Below are positions 7,519 to 17,084 of a stretch of 17,084 bases of DNA, piece after piece. Made by a program: the position numbers and the translations under genes. Origin of the DNA: a bacterium (GTDB lineage Bacteria > Fidelibacterota > Marinisomatia > Marinisomatales > UBA1611); contig JAYPIC010000029.1 of the NCBI GenBank assembly GCA_038127595.1, positions 5,195 through 22,278 of the forward strand, read 5' to 3'. The notes beneath the pieces were generated by a model. That model saw nothing but the letters and a program-made list of their open reading frames with translations. It was not told where the DNA came from and searched no databases. Position 1 is the first letter of the stretch; each line of letters starts with the position of its first letter.

Positions 7519-8372
7519 GATATAATATTCTCAATAGGCATTACTAAAATATCCTGAGCACCTTTTTCTTTAATTTTGGAAACAATCTGCCAAAATTTTT
7601 CTTTATCGATGACAGCATGCACTGAGCTCCAGCCTGGTCTTTTTAACTTTAAAATTGTCGGGGATTTAAGCACTGGCAAAAGATGAATTATATCATCAAC
7701 ATTTTCATTTAAAATATTAAATAAAATATACTTCTTATTTACTGCGCCGATAATAGAACGAATTCTAAATAATAGCTCATTCAAAGTAGATTGTTTTTCA
7801 GCAGTTATTGTTGCTGATTCTATAAGCACCGCCTCAGATTCTAGAACAAGGGCTACTTCTTTTAATCCATTATTTTCTAAAGTTGATCCCGTACTTACAA
7901 GATCGCAAATTCCATCCGCTAATACAATATTTGGAGCAATTTCAACTGATCCAGAAATCTTATGAATCCTTACAGAAATATTTAAATCATTAAAAAAAAT
8001 TTTTGTTGATTTTGGATAGGATGTAGCGATTAACTTATTCTCAAAAAAACCAATATCAGAAAATAATTTTTCTTTCGGTATTGCTAGGGACAATCTACAT
8101 TTAGAGAATCCAAGTTTTTCTGTGATCTTTATATCTGAACCGCTTTCTAAAAGCTGATTATTCCCTATTATTGCTATATCTAAAACCCCATCCTCAACAT
8201 ATTTAGGAATATCTGAGTTTCTCAAAAAATAGATTTCTAGTGGAAAGTTTTTTGAAAGATGTATGAGCTGATTTTTTGTTTGGTCAAACTTTATGTCAGC
8301 ACGGTTCAAAAGATCTATCGAGCCGTTGTAAAGTTTACCGCTCTTTTGTATACCTATTTTTAATTTACTCAT
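7515..8372 (-). CDS. hisG: ATP phosphoribosyltransferase, long form
   Basis: IQKSGKL, R.SDIP.YV.DG..DI.I.G, IATSYP, GSVEIAP...ADGICDLVSTGSTL..NGL. C-terminal regulatory domain present (SPT, VHAV). ATGA overlap with hisD. Confidence 0.98.
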   Translation of the reverse strand: MSKLKIGIQKSGKLYNGSIDLLNRADIKFDQTKNQLIHLSKNFPLEIYFLRNSDIPKYVEDGVLDIAIIGNNQLLESGSDIKITEKLGFSKCRLSLAIPKEKLFSDIGFFENKLIATSYPKSTKIFFNDLNISVRIHKISGSVEIAPNIVLADGICDLVSTGSTLENNGLKEVALVLESEAVLIESATITAEKQSTLNELLFRIRSIIGAVNKKYILFNILNENVDDIIHLLPVLKSPTILKLKRPGWSSVHAVIDKEKFWQIVSKIKEKGAQDILVMPIENIIS

Positions 8373-8394
8373 TTCACATTCCTATTCCCTTGAG

Positions 8395-8430
8395 CAAACT
8401 AAAAACCCGCTAGTTTGATCAAGCGGGTTC
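8395..8430 (-). terminator. his attenuator terminator hairpin
   Basis: Minus strand GAACCCGCT-TGATCAAACT-AGCGGGTTT-TTAGTTTG, between the leader ORF and the hisG start. Confidence 0.88.
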
Positions 8431-8457
8431 TAAAAAATTTTTATATTGATATGGGGA

Positions 8458-8562
8458 TTATTTATTAAAACATACTTGATTTACATCCACGCTATGATGC
8501 AAATGGAATAAATGCAAATCGTAATGAAATGCATAAGCGGAGTATGTTTTAAAATACTTCAT
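8458..8562 (-). CDS. hisL: his operon leader peptide, 34 aa
   Basis: MKYFKTYSAYAFHYDLHLFHLHHSVDVNQVCFNK, TAA. Five CAT His codons within residues 13-23, directly upstream of mutually exclusive antiterminator/terminator pairings and hisG. Confidence 0.85.
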   Translation of the reverse strand: MKYFKTYSAYAFHYDLHLFHLHHSVDVNQVCFNK

Positions 8563-8615
8563 TATTAAAATTAAATAAAAATTTTAAGTATATGCAAAAG
8601 AAAAATTAAAAATAA

Positions 8616-9909
8616 TTAAATTGCTAGTAGGAATTCTTTAAAAGATTCGAATTTATTATTTACTTTAATTGAATTTTTATCTTTATCTAACAAATTTTTA
8701 ATTTGATCTGGAGGCTCGATTTTTTGGTTAATAATTTTTTCTACATCATTTGAAAATTTAGAGGCATGGGCTGTAGATAAAACAATACATTTTTTAAAAC
8801 TATTAGAGCTCAATCTATATTTACCTAAACCCAACATGCCAACAGCTGTGTGAGGGTCAATTAAATAGTCATATTTATCAAAAACATTCTTGATCATATT
8901 TTTGGTTAATGAATCAGTAAAACTCCAAGAAGATATTTTTTTACTAATCTCATTTACATCATCTCCATATAAGCAACTAATTCTTTCAATATTGCTAGGC
9001 ACGCTTACATCCATAGCGTTAGAAATAGTTTTGATTGTCTCTTTTTTAATTAATTTTCCTGATTTTAAATAATTTAAAAAAGTGTCATTTACATTGAGCG
9101 AAGCAATAAATTTTTCTACTGGCAAACCCATTTGATTTGCAAGTAGACCACCAGTCAAGTTTCCGAAATTTCCTGAAGGAATACTAAAGCATACAGATTC
9201 ATCAGTATTGCATTTTTTCCATGCCCACATATAGTAGATGGCCTGGGGAAGCAGCCTTGCAAAATTTATAGAATTAGCAGAACTAAGATTCAATGATTTT
9301 CGTATTTCTTCATCAACGAAAGCTTTTTTTACTAAGCTCTGGCAATCATCAAAAGTGCCTAGGACTTCTAAAGCAGTTATATTCCCTCCAAGTGTTGTAA
9401 GTTGTTTTTCTTGAACACTACTTACTTTTTTCGAAGGGTATAAAACAATAACATTTATGCCATCTAAATTATAAAAACTATTTGCAACCGCGCCTCCCGT
9501 ATCACCAGATGTTGCAACTAAAATAGTTAAGTTTTTTTTTTATTTCGTTTTGGAAATGTGACATTGTTTGAGCCATATATCTTGCTGCAAAATCTTTAAA
9601 TGCTAATGTAGGTCCATGAAATAATTCTAAAACGAGGTCATCCTCATTTAAATTTTTTATATTTAAAGGAAAATTGAATGCTTTTTCACATATCGCTGTC
9701 AACTCCGAAAGTGTTAGTTGATCTTTAGTGTATGGATGAATTACACTCACTGCTAATTCTTCAAAATGTTGATGCGCTTTAAGAAGATCCATAGGCATTC
9801 TTGGAATTATTTCTGGCATATACAAACCACCATCGGGGGCTAAGCCATTTAAAAGTACATTTTTAAATGTTGTTGAAGAACTACTGTTTCGCGTACTAAA
9901 AAATTTCAA
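8616..9909 (-). pseudogene. thrC: threonine synthase, interrupted by a +1 frameshift in an A10 run (9532-9541); 430 aa if corrected; may be a sequencing error
   Basis: N-part (TTG start): GLAPDGGLYMP, LELFHGPTLAFKDFAAR (PLP Lys). Removing one A gives ...EIKKNLTILVATSGDTGGAVANSFY...LYPSKKVS.VQEKQLTT...GTFDDCQSLVK, which runs in frame into SANSINFARLLPQ, PSGNFGN and DPHTAVG. Confidence 0.9.
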
Positions 9910-9911
9910 TT

Positions 9912-10847
9912 TTAATCCAAGATTTTCGGCGGATCTAAATTTATTTTGGAATGATAACTAATGCTATTAATGCCATATTTATTATAAGAGTTACAAAAGT
10001 TTTCACCAATATTTTTAGCTATTTCTTCACTTTTTGAAAGTGCAAAAATCGATGGCCCAGATCCAGATATTCCACAACCTATAGCACCAGATTCGAATGC
10101 AGAATTTTTTAACTTCATATAATGAGGAATTAGTTTTGACCTATGTGGCTCTGCAAATAAATCAATCATGGACTTTCCAATAAGTTCATAATCTTCCTCA
10201 TATAACCCAGCTATAAAACCTGCTAGATTACTAGATTGTTCTACCGCGGAACCAAGTGTGATGTTTTCAGGCAAAATTTTTCTTGCCTCATTGGTATTGA
10301 CAGCAAGATCAGGAAGAACAGCAGTGCAAAATAAATTTTCCGGTACAGGAAGACTTATTGTATCTAATGGGTCATAGCTTCTAATAAGTACTATCCCACC
10401 AAATAATACTGGAGCCACATTATCAGCATGTAACGAGCCTGAGGCTGCTGATTCACCCTCCATAGCATGAACGAGTAATTCATGATCATTTAATGGATAA
10501 TCTAAAAGTGCATTTATTCCAAAAACGGATGATACTGCACTTGCAGCACTTGAACCAAGCCCACTTCCAGGAGGAATACCTTTTTCAATATGAATTTTAT
10601 ATTTTGGTTCCTCACTAACTTCATTTAAAAAGGAAAGCAAAGCTTTGCCTGCAGTATTTTTTTTGGGATCTAGTGGAATATCGTTGCATTTTTTACCAGT
10701 AACAATGATCTCTAAACCAGCAGTCTTTTTTTCTTCAATCCGAATTACATCAGATGGACCCTTAATGGAAAATCCGAGACAATCAAAGCCACAAGAAACA
10801 TTTGCTACTGAAGCTGTAGCATTTACTCTAATCGATTTATTAATCAT
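9912..10847 (-). CDS. thrB: homoserine kinase (GHMP family)
   Basis: ASVANVSCGFD.LG, KGIPPGSGLGSSAAS, HADNVAP, ISGSGPS. Confidence 0.97.
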   Translation of the reverse strand: MINKSIRVNATASVANVSCGFDCLGFSIKGPSDVIRIEEKKTAGLEIIVTGKKCNDIPLDPKKNTAGKALLSFLNEVSEEPKYKIHIEKGIPPGSGLGSSAASAVSSVFGINALLDYPLNDHELLVHAMEGESAASGSLHADNVAPVLFGGIVLIRSYDPLDTISLPVPENLFCTAVLPDLAVNTNEARKILPENITLGSAVEQSSNLAGFIAGLYEEDYELIGKSMIDLFAEPHRSKLIPHYMKLKNSAFESGAIGCGISGSGPSIFALSKSEEIAKNIGENFCNSYNKYGINSISYHSKINLDPPKILD

Positions 10848-11940
10848 GTATATACTTTTTTTTCACTAAAAGTTCTGCCATTAAGATAGCGCCTCCAGCT
10901 GCTCCTCGAACAGTATTGTGGGATAAACCTATAAACCGCATATCAAATATTTTATCTTTTTCAATTCTTCCTACGATTGTTTCCATCCCATTACCTTTTT
11001 CACAATCTAATTTAGGTTGAGGCCTATCTACGCCATCTAAAACCCTGATGATCTTTTTCGGGGAGGAGGGTAAATCAAATAATTGATGATTATTATTATA
11101 TGAGCTCAATAGTGATTTGAATTTTTCTACATTTAAACCATCATTTAAAAAATTTAAATATACAACAGCAGTGTGACCATCTATAACAGGCACTCTAGTG
11201 CAAACAGCGCTTATATTAAAATCTTTAGAATTAGTTATTCCAACTTTAGACACAGTTCCAAAAATTTTTAAAGGCTCATTTTCTGTTTTTTCTTCCTCAC
11301 CTGAAATATACGGTACTACATTTTCTCTTAAATTTTCATTCTCAAGACCTGCCTTTCCAGCACCAGATAGTGCCTGTAAAGTAGTAACAGATATTTCTTT
11401 AGGTATATGGCCAGCTTTAATAAGGGCATCTATTACAACTATGTAAGATTGAATAGAGCAATTTGGTTTAACAGCAACAAAACCTCCTTTTGGCAATGAC
11501 CTGTTTTCTTGCTGAATTGGAATTACATCAGTGTGATGTGAATTAATTTCAGGGATTATCATTGGTACATCATTTGTTAGACGATTAGCAGAATTATTAC
11601 TTATTAAAGCAAACCCTTTCTTTGCATAATCAAATTCTAACTTTTTAGTGTCTTCCTTACTTGGAAGATCAACTGCAGAAAAAACGCATCTAACATCAGC
11701 AGGAATAGATTCGAAGTCAAACACATCTCTAACAACAAGATCTTGCACTGAGGCAGGTATATTATTTTTTAAAGCCCATTTGCCATTAACAGCATTGGAA
11801 AAAATTTTACCAGAATTGTTTTTTGAAGCTGCAACATCAACTACACTAAACCAGGGATGATTATCAAGTAATGATAAATAATTTTGGCCTACAATGCCTG
11901 TAGCACCAAGTACGCTGACTTTTATTTTACTTTTTAACAT
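10840..11940 (-). CDS. asd: aspartate-semialdehyde dehydrogenase
   Basis: VLGATGIVGQ, DVPMIIPEIN, catalytic PNCS, QALSGAG, RVPVIDGH, DRPQP, SHNTVRGAAG. Confidence 0.96.
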   Translation of the reverse strand: MLKSKIKVSVLGATGIVGQNYLSLLDNHPWFSVVDVAASKNNSGKIFSNAVNGKWALKNNIPASVQDLVVRDVFDFESIPADVRCVFSAVDLPSKEDTKKLEFDYAKKGFALISNNSANRLTNDVPMIIPEINSHHTDVIPIQQENRSLPKGGFVAVKPNCSIQSYIVVIDALIKAGHIPKEISVTTLQALSGAGKAGLENENLRENVVPYISGEEEKTENEPLKIFGTVSKVGITNSKDFNISAVCTRVPVIDGHTAVVYLNFLNDGLNVEKFKSLLSSYNNNHQLFDLPSSPKKIIRVLDGVDRPQPKLDCEKGNGMETIVGRIEKDKIFDMRFIGLSHNTVRGAAGGAILMAELLVKKKYIHD

Positions 11941-14315
11941 TTTAAAATATCTCCTAATACCCCAGCTGCTGTTACCTCAGCTCCAGCTCCATGCCCTTTG
12001 ATTACCAATGGTGTTCTATTATACCTTTCAGTTTTGAAAGAAATAAAATTTTCTCTTCCAGCTTGATAATAAAATTGACTTTCTTTATCAACTGCTTTTA
12101 AACCAACTGAAGCTTTCTCTCCATCCCACTCAGCTAAATATCTTAATACTTGGCCATTATTTAAAGCATCATTGTATAATTTTAGAAAATCATCATCATA
12201 ATTTTCTAATTCATTCAAGAAATCATTTACTGAAATATTAGGGTCGCTATTTTCATGTATTAAACTTTTTATTGACACATCTTTAATATCAATTTTTTCG
12301 CCTAACTCTCTAATGAGTATTAAAATCTTTCTAGCTACATCTAAACCATTCAAATCATTTCTAGGGTCTGGCTCTGTGAATCCCGACTCCATAGCAATTT
12401 TAACTAATCTACTGAAAGGCATTGACCCATTATATTCACTAAATAAATAACTAAGCGTTCCGGATAAAACTCCTTCAATTTTTAAAATTTTATCACCAGT
12501 TTGAAGTAATGTCTTTAATGTTTCGATTACTGGTAGCCCTGCACCAACATTCGTTTCATATCTAAATTGAGATCCTCCAATCGATGAACTAGTTCTTATG
12601 TCATCGTAGTATTCTTGATGTATAGAATTTGCAATTTTATTAGCTGTTACTACATGTATCCCTCTAGCCAATATTTGTGAAGTTTTCAGAGATATTTGTT
12701 TTGAAGCAGTTACATCTACAAAAATTGAGTTTGGTACTTCTAGCGCTTTATCTATAAAAGAATCGAAATCCGCATCTATACTCTGATCTAAATCTGTTTT
12801 CCAATTCTTACAATTAATGCCATTAGAATTAATTATCATTTTTTTACTATTAATTAAACCACAAACATTAACAGAACCATTATTTTCCACCAACTCAACT
12901 AGGCTAGATCCAATTAACCCAACTCCGGCTATAAACAAATTCTTTTTTGTTTTATCTGAAAATATATGACCATGCAAGCAAGAAATGGCAGACTCAACAT
13001 CAGCATTATTTATGATAAAAGATATGTTTCTTTCTGAGGAACCTTGAGCTATCGATATAATATTAATTCCTTTTTCTCCTAAAATTTTGAATAATGTACC
13101 TGCGATACTAGGTTTATTTCTCATACCTTCGCCAATAACAGCGACTAGTGATAAATTATTTTCAATTTTAATATCATCAATATGGCGATCTTTCAATTCA
13201 AAACTAAACTCATCCATTAAAATGTTTTTTGCATTAATCTCATCATCAGGTTGTATAGCAAAACATATAGAATGCTCACTAAATGCTTGAGAAACGAGTA
13301 GAATATTTATTTTTTTGTTTGATAGCGAACTAAACACCTTGCCTAAAATACCATGCCTACCTACCAAACCTGCTCCTTGTAGTCTAATAACTGAAACATT
13401 ATAGATTGAAGAAATACCTACAGCAAAATTCTCAATTGGGATTCTATCTTTAGTTATTAGGGTCCCTCGACTATCAGGATTAAATGTATTTTTAATATGG
13501 ATTGGAATAGATTTATATAAAGCAGGGATAATTGTAGGTGGAAATATTACTTTTGCTCCAGCATGAGCTAGCTCCATAGCTTCTTCATAGTTTAGTTTTG
13601 GAATAGTCCTTGCATCAGGTACTATTTGGGGATCAGCGGTTAATATTCCATTTACATCTGTCCATATTTCAATTTTACTTACATTTAATGCAGCACCAAA
13701 AATTGAAGCTGTATAATCCGAACCACTTCTTCCTATCGTTGTTGTTTCATTATTTTTTGTTGACCCTATAAACCCAGTAATTATCCATGTTTTATTTAAA
13801 TCTTGACAAAACTTTCTGATTTTTGAATATGACTCTTTATAATAAACATAAGCATTACCAAAATTATCATCAGTTACAATAACCTCACGAGCATCTAGAA
13901 AAGATACATTTATATTTTGTTTTAGGCATGCTTGAGTTACAATGAATGCAGTCAATCTTTCACCGATTGATAGAATTGAGTCCTTTGATTTACTAAAAAA
14001 GCGTATGTTTTCTTTTATTTCAACCAAATTATTTTGCGCTTCCAAATGTATTGGTTCGATAAAGCTCAGATAAGACGATTTTTCTAGCTCTAATTCCCTA
14101 GCAATATCTAAGAACTGCTGAAATAAGCTTTCTAAATTTTTGCTAACGTCATTCCCATTTTTTGCTGATGCAATTATTTCTAGAATAAGGTCCGTTGTAC
14201 CACCCACTGCTGACACTACTACGCCTCTTGGAGGTTCGTTACGAATATGGTCTACTACTTTTTTTATGTTAGAGGCTGATCTAAGCGACGATCCTCCAAA
14301 TTTTAATATTTTCAT
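11934..14315 (-). CDS. thrA: bifunctional aspartate kinase / homoserine dehydrogenase I
   Basis: LKFGGSS, VVSA.GG.TD, GR.GSDYTA, IWTDV.G..TADP, two ACT domains, G.GLIG, TANK, YETNVGAGLP, SGTL, GFTEPDPR.DL.G.DVARK, G.GAGAEVTAAGVLGD. Confidence 0.97.
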   Translation of the reverse strand: MKILKFGGSSLRSASNIKKVVDHIRNEPPRGVVVSAVGGTTDLILEIIASAKNGNDVSKNLESLFQQFLDIARELELEKSSYLSFIEPIHLEAQNNLVEIKENIRFFSKSKDSILSIGERLTAFIVTQACLKQNINVSFLDAREVIVTDDNFGNAYVYYKESYSKIRKFCQDLNKTWIITGFIGSTKNNETTTIGRSGSDYTASIFGAALNVSKIEIWTDVNGILTADPQIVPDARTIPKLNYEEAMELAHAGAKVIFPPTIIPALYKSIPIHIKNTFNPDSRGTLITKDRIPIENFAVGISSIYNVSVIRLQGAGLVGRHGILGKVFSSLSNKKINILLVSQAFSEHSICFAIQPDDEINAKNILMDEFSFELKDRHIDDIKIENNLSLVAVIGEGMRNKPSIAGTLFKILGEKGINIISIAQGSSERNISFIINNADVESAISCLHGHIFSDKTKKNLFIAGVGLIGSSLVELVENNGSVNVCGLINSKKMIINSNGINCKNWKTDLDQSIDADFDSFIDKALEVPNSIFVDVTASKQISLKTSQILARGIHVVTANKIANSIHQEYYDDIRTSSSIGGSQFRYETNVGAGLPVIETLKTLLQTGDKILKIEGVLSGTLSYLFSEYNGSMPFSRLVKIAMESGFTEPDPRNDLNGLDVARKILILIRELGEKIDIKDVSIKSLIHENSDPNISVNDFLNELENYDDDFLKLYNDALNNGQVLRYLAEWDGEKASVGLKAVDKESQFYYQAGRENFISFKTERYNRTPLVIKGHGAGAEVTAAGVLGDILKC

Positions 14316-14350
14316 AGTTTAATAATTAAATAATGTTTTATAACCTGTAA

Positions 14351-15127
14351 TTAATCCTTTTCAAACCATTTATCAAAAAATAAAATAGCATTCTCAGTCC
14401 AGCTATTTATCGGATCTTGACCAACATCATCATTTGGGAAATAATTTTTAGGGATATCAATAGATATTTTTTTATTTATATCCCTTATGTACTCATTTTT
14501 TAATGTTAATGTATCGTATTCAAAATGATTAAAATTATATATTTCACTAAGTGATTTATTTTCAAGCATACATATTCCTTCTTTCTTATGGCTTAGAACT
14601 ATGCTAAGATCAGAATTATTGACAATTTGAGCATCAATTGATTCTGTGTACCTAGAAACTGGTATTTTTATTTTTTTGTTGAGAAAGTAGAAATTATGTA
14701 AGCTATTTCTATTAAAATTGTATTCATATAGTCCAAATTTTTTATCTTTTAGCTGAACCTTGTCTATACCATACCTGTAGTAAAGCACAGCTTGAGCTCC
14801 CCAGCATATATAATAAGATTTAATATTATGAACTTTAATGCGATCAAAAACCTCAATTAACTCTTCCCAATAATCAACTTTTTCGAAAGGTAAAGTTTCA
14901 ACTGGCGATCCAGTACAAATAAATCTATCATAATCATCAAAAGATATATCCTTAAGTGTCTTGTAATTTTCAAGCAGATATGACTTTGGAATATTTTTCG
15001 ATTCATATGACTCCATCCTCATAAAAGATATCTTCACACTATGACTAAGCTTGCTAAAAATATTTTTGAAATGATTTTCAGTTTCAATTTTATTAGGCAT
15101 CAAATTTAAAAGAAGTACATTTTTCAT
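14351..15127 (-). CDS. metA: MetA-family homoserine O-acyltransferase, predicted acetyl-CoA-dependent; short form, 258 aa
   Basis: LNLMP.K.ETE, TGSPVE.LPFE.VDYW.EL, catalytic ICWGAQA, H.EYD..TL..EY.RD, P.NYFP.DD. Confidence 0.92.
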   Translation of the reverse strand: MKNVLLLNLMPNKIETENHFKNIFSKLSHSVKISFMRMESYESKNIPKSYLLENYKTLKDISFDDYDRFICTGSPVETLPFEKVDYWEELIEVFDRIKVHNIKSYYICWGAQAVLYYRYGIDKVQLKDKKFGLYEYNFNRNSLHNFYFLNKKIKIPVSRYTESIDAQIVNNSDLSIVLSHKKEGICMLENKSLSEIYNFNHFEYDTLTLKNEYIRDINKKISIDIPKNYFPNDDVGQDPINSWTENAILFFDKWFEKD

Positions 15128-15156
15128 TTTTCTAATTTTTTAAAATAAGTAAAAAC

Positions 15157-16467
<1,311 letters not shown>

Positions 16468-16554
16468 TTATATGTTCCATTAACTATAATTGTTAAAATA
16501 CGTTTTTACATTTCATAAATTGGATTGAAAGGAGATTGGCAGCACAAGAAAATG

Positions 16555-16667
16555 ATTTTATCTATCTTCAAAAAATTTTGAAGCAGGAATTAGCACCTTG
16601 TTTAATTAAGTTAAACTGGTTGCTAAGGTATCTTGGGGCCTGATCCCTCCACCTTTCTTTATAAAAT
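16555..16667 (-). ncRNA. SAM-I (S-box) riboswitch aptamer
   Basis: Minus strand TTTTATAAAGAAAGGTGGAGGGATCAGGCCCCAAGATACCTTAGCAACC...AAGGTGCTAATTCCTG-CTTCAAAA/TTTTGAAG-ATAGATAAAA. It has the GAGGGA..GGCCC P2, GCAACC/GGTGC P3, AATTCC pseudoknot partner and P1 closing. Lies about 100 nt upstream of metY. Confidence 0.93.
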
Positions 16668-16935
16668 TAAAGCAGTACTATCAAAAAGCCAGAAAGCATG
16701 TTTCTGATTAACATTAAATTATATACTTTTTAAAATAAAACAAATAATTCTTAAAATATTTATTTTTTAAAATGAAATTTTTAAAAAATCATGGTTTTCT
16801 ATTGCCTATAGTTAAAATAGATTGAAACAAATATTTAAACTTTGCAAGACTGTGGTTGCAAAAATACTTTAATATATATTCAAATAATCGAGCCTTGAAT
16901 TAAATCAAGTTAAGTTAGAACTTAACCACCTTCGC

Positions 16936-17084
16936 ATGAGTGCTATTTCATATATAAAAGCAGTTTTGAATGAAATTAGTCCACGGACTAATATTGCTTC
17001 TTTGTCAAAAAATATCAAGGGAGATATTGTTGCGGGTATTACCGTTGGGATAATTGCACTTCCACTTGCTCTGGCATTTGGTGA
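16936..17084 (+). CDS. SulP/SLC26-family inorganic anion transporter, 5' end (runs off window)
   Basis: MSAISYIKAVLNEISPRTNIASLSKNIKGDIVAGITVGIIALPLALAFG; GD..AG.TV...ALPLALAFG is the SulP TM1 signature. Substrate cannot be assigned. Confidence 0.88.
   Translation, partial: MSAISYIKAVLNEISPRTNIASLSKNIKGDIVAGITVGIIALPLALAFG

Noticed and set aside
8616..9909. Two separate genes (135 aa and 225 aa) as in the ORF track
   Set aside because: Both are parts of thrC, and the region between them encodes conserved ThrC motifs (ATSGDTG, FDDCQ).
14316..14350. Thr/Ile leader peptide or attenuator before thrA
   Set aside because: Only 35 nt separate metA and thrA, with no leader ORF or terminator hairpin.

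Overview
AT-rich bacterial window (roughly 30% GC by eye; standard genetic code, since TGA is used as a stop in hisG, hisF and hisH). Most of it (1510-16455, minus strand) is one co-oriented amino-acid biosynthesis block: SAM-I riboswitch > metY-metA-thrA-asd-thrB-thrC > His-codon leader peptide/attenuator > hisG-D-C-B-H-A-F-IE. thrC carries a single-base frameshift in an A10 run. A SulP-family transporter gene starts divergently at the right edge. The first 1.4 kb is an accessory region that the ORF track misreads. It holds an exported TlpA/ResA-like thioredoxin-fold gene (312-893) whose active-site CxxC is UxxC: an in-frame TGA followed by a bacterial SECIS-like hairpin, i.e. a probable selenoprotein. 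This gene is bracketed by two identical 26-bp direct repeats, preceded by the His-rich end of another gene and followed by an unannotated 39-aa Arg-rich ORF with a strong Shine-Dalgarno site. Sequence features suggest an FCB-group (Bacteroidota-like or Marinimicrobia-like) organism, but that is inference.
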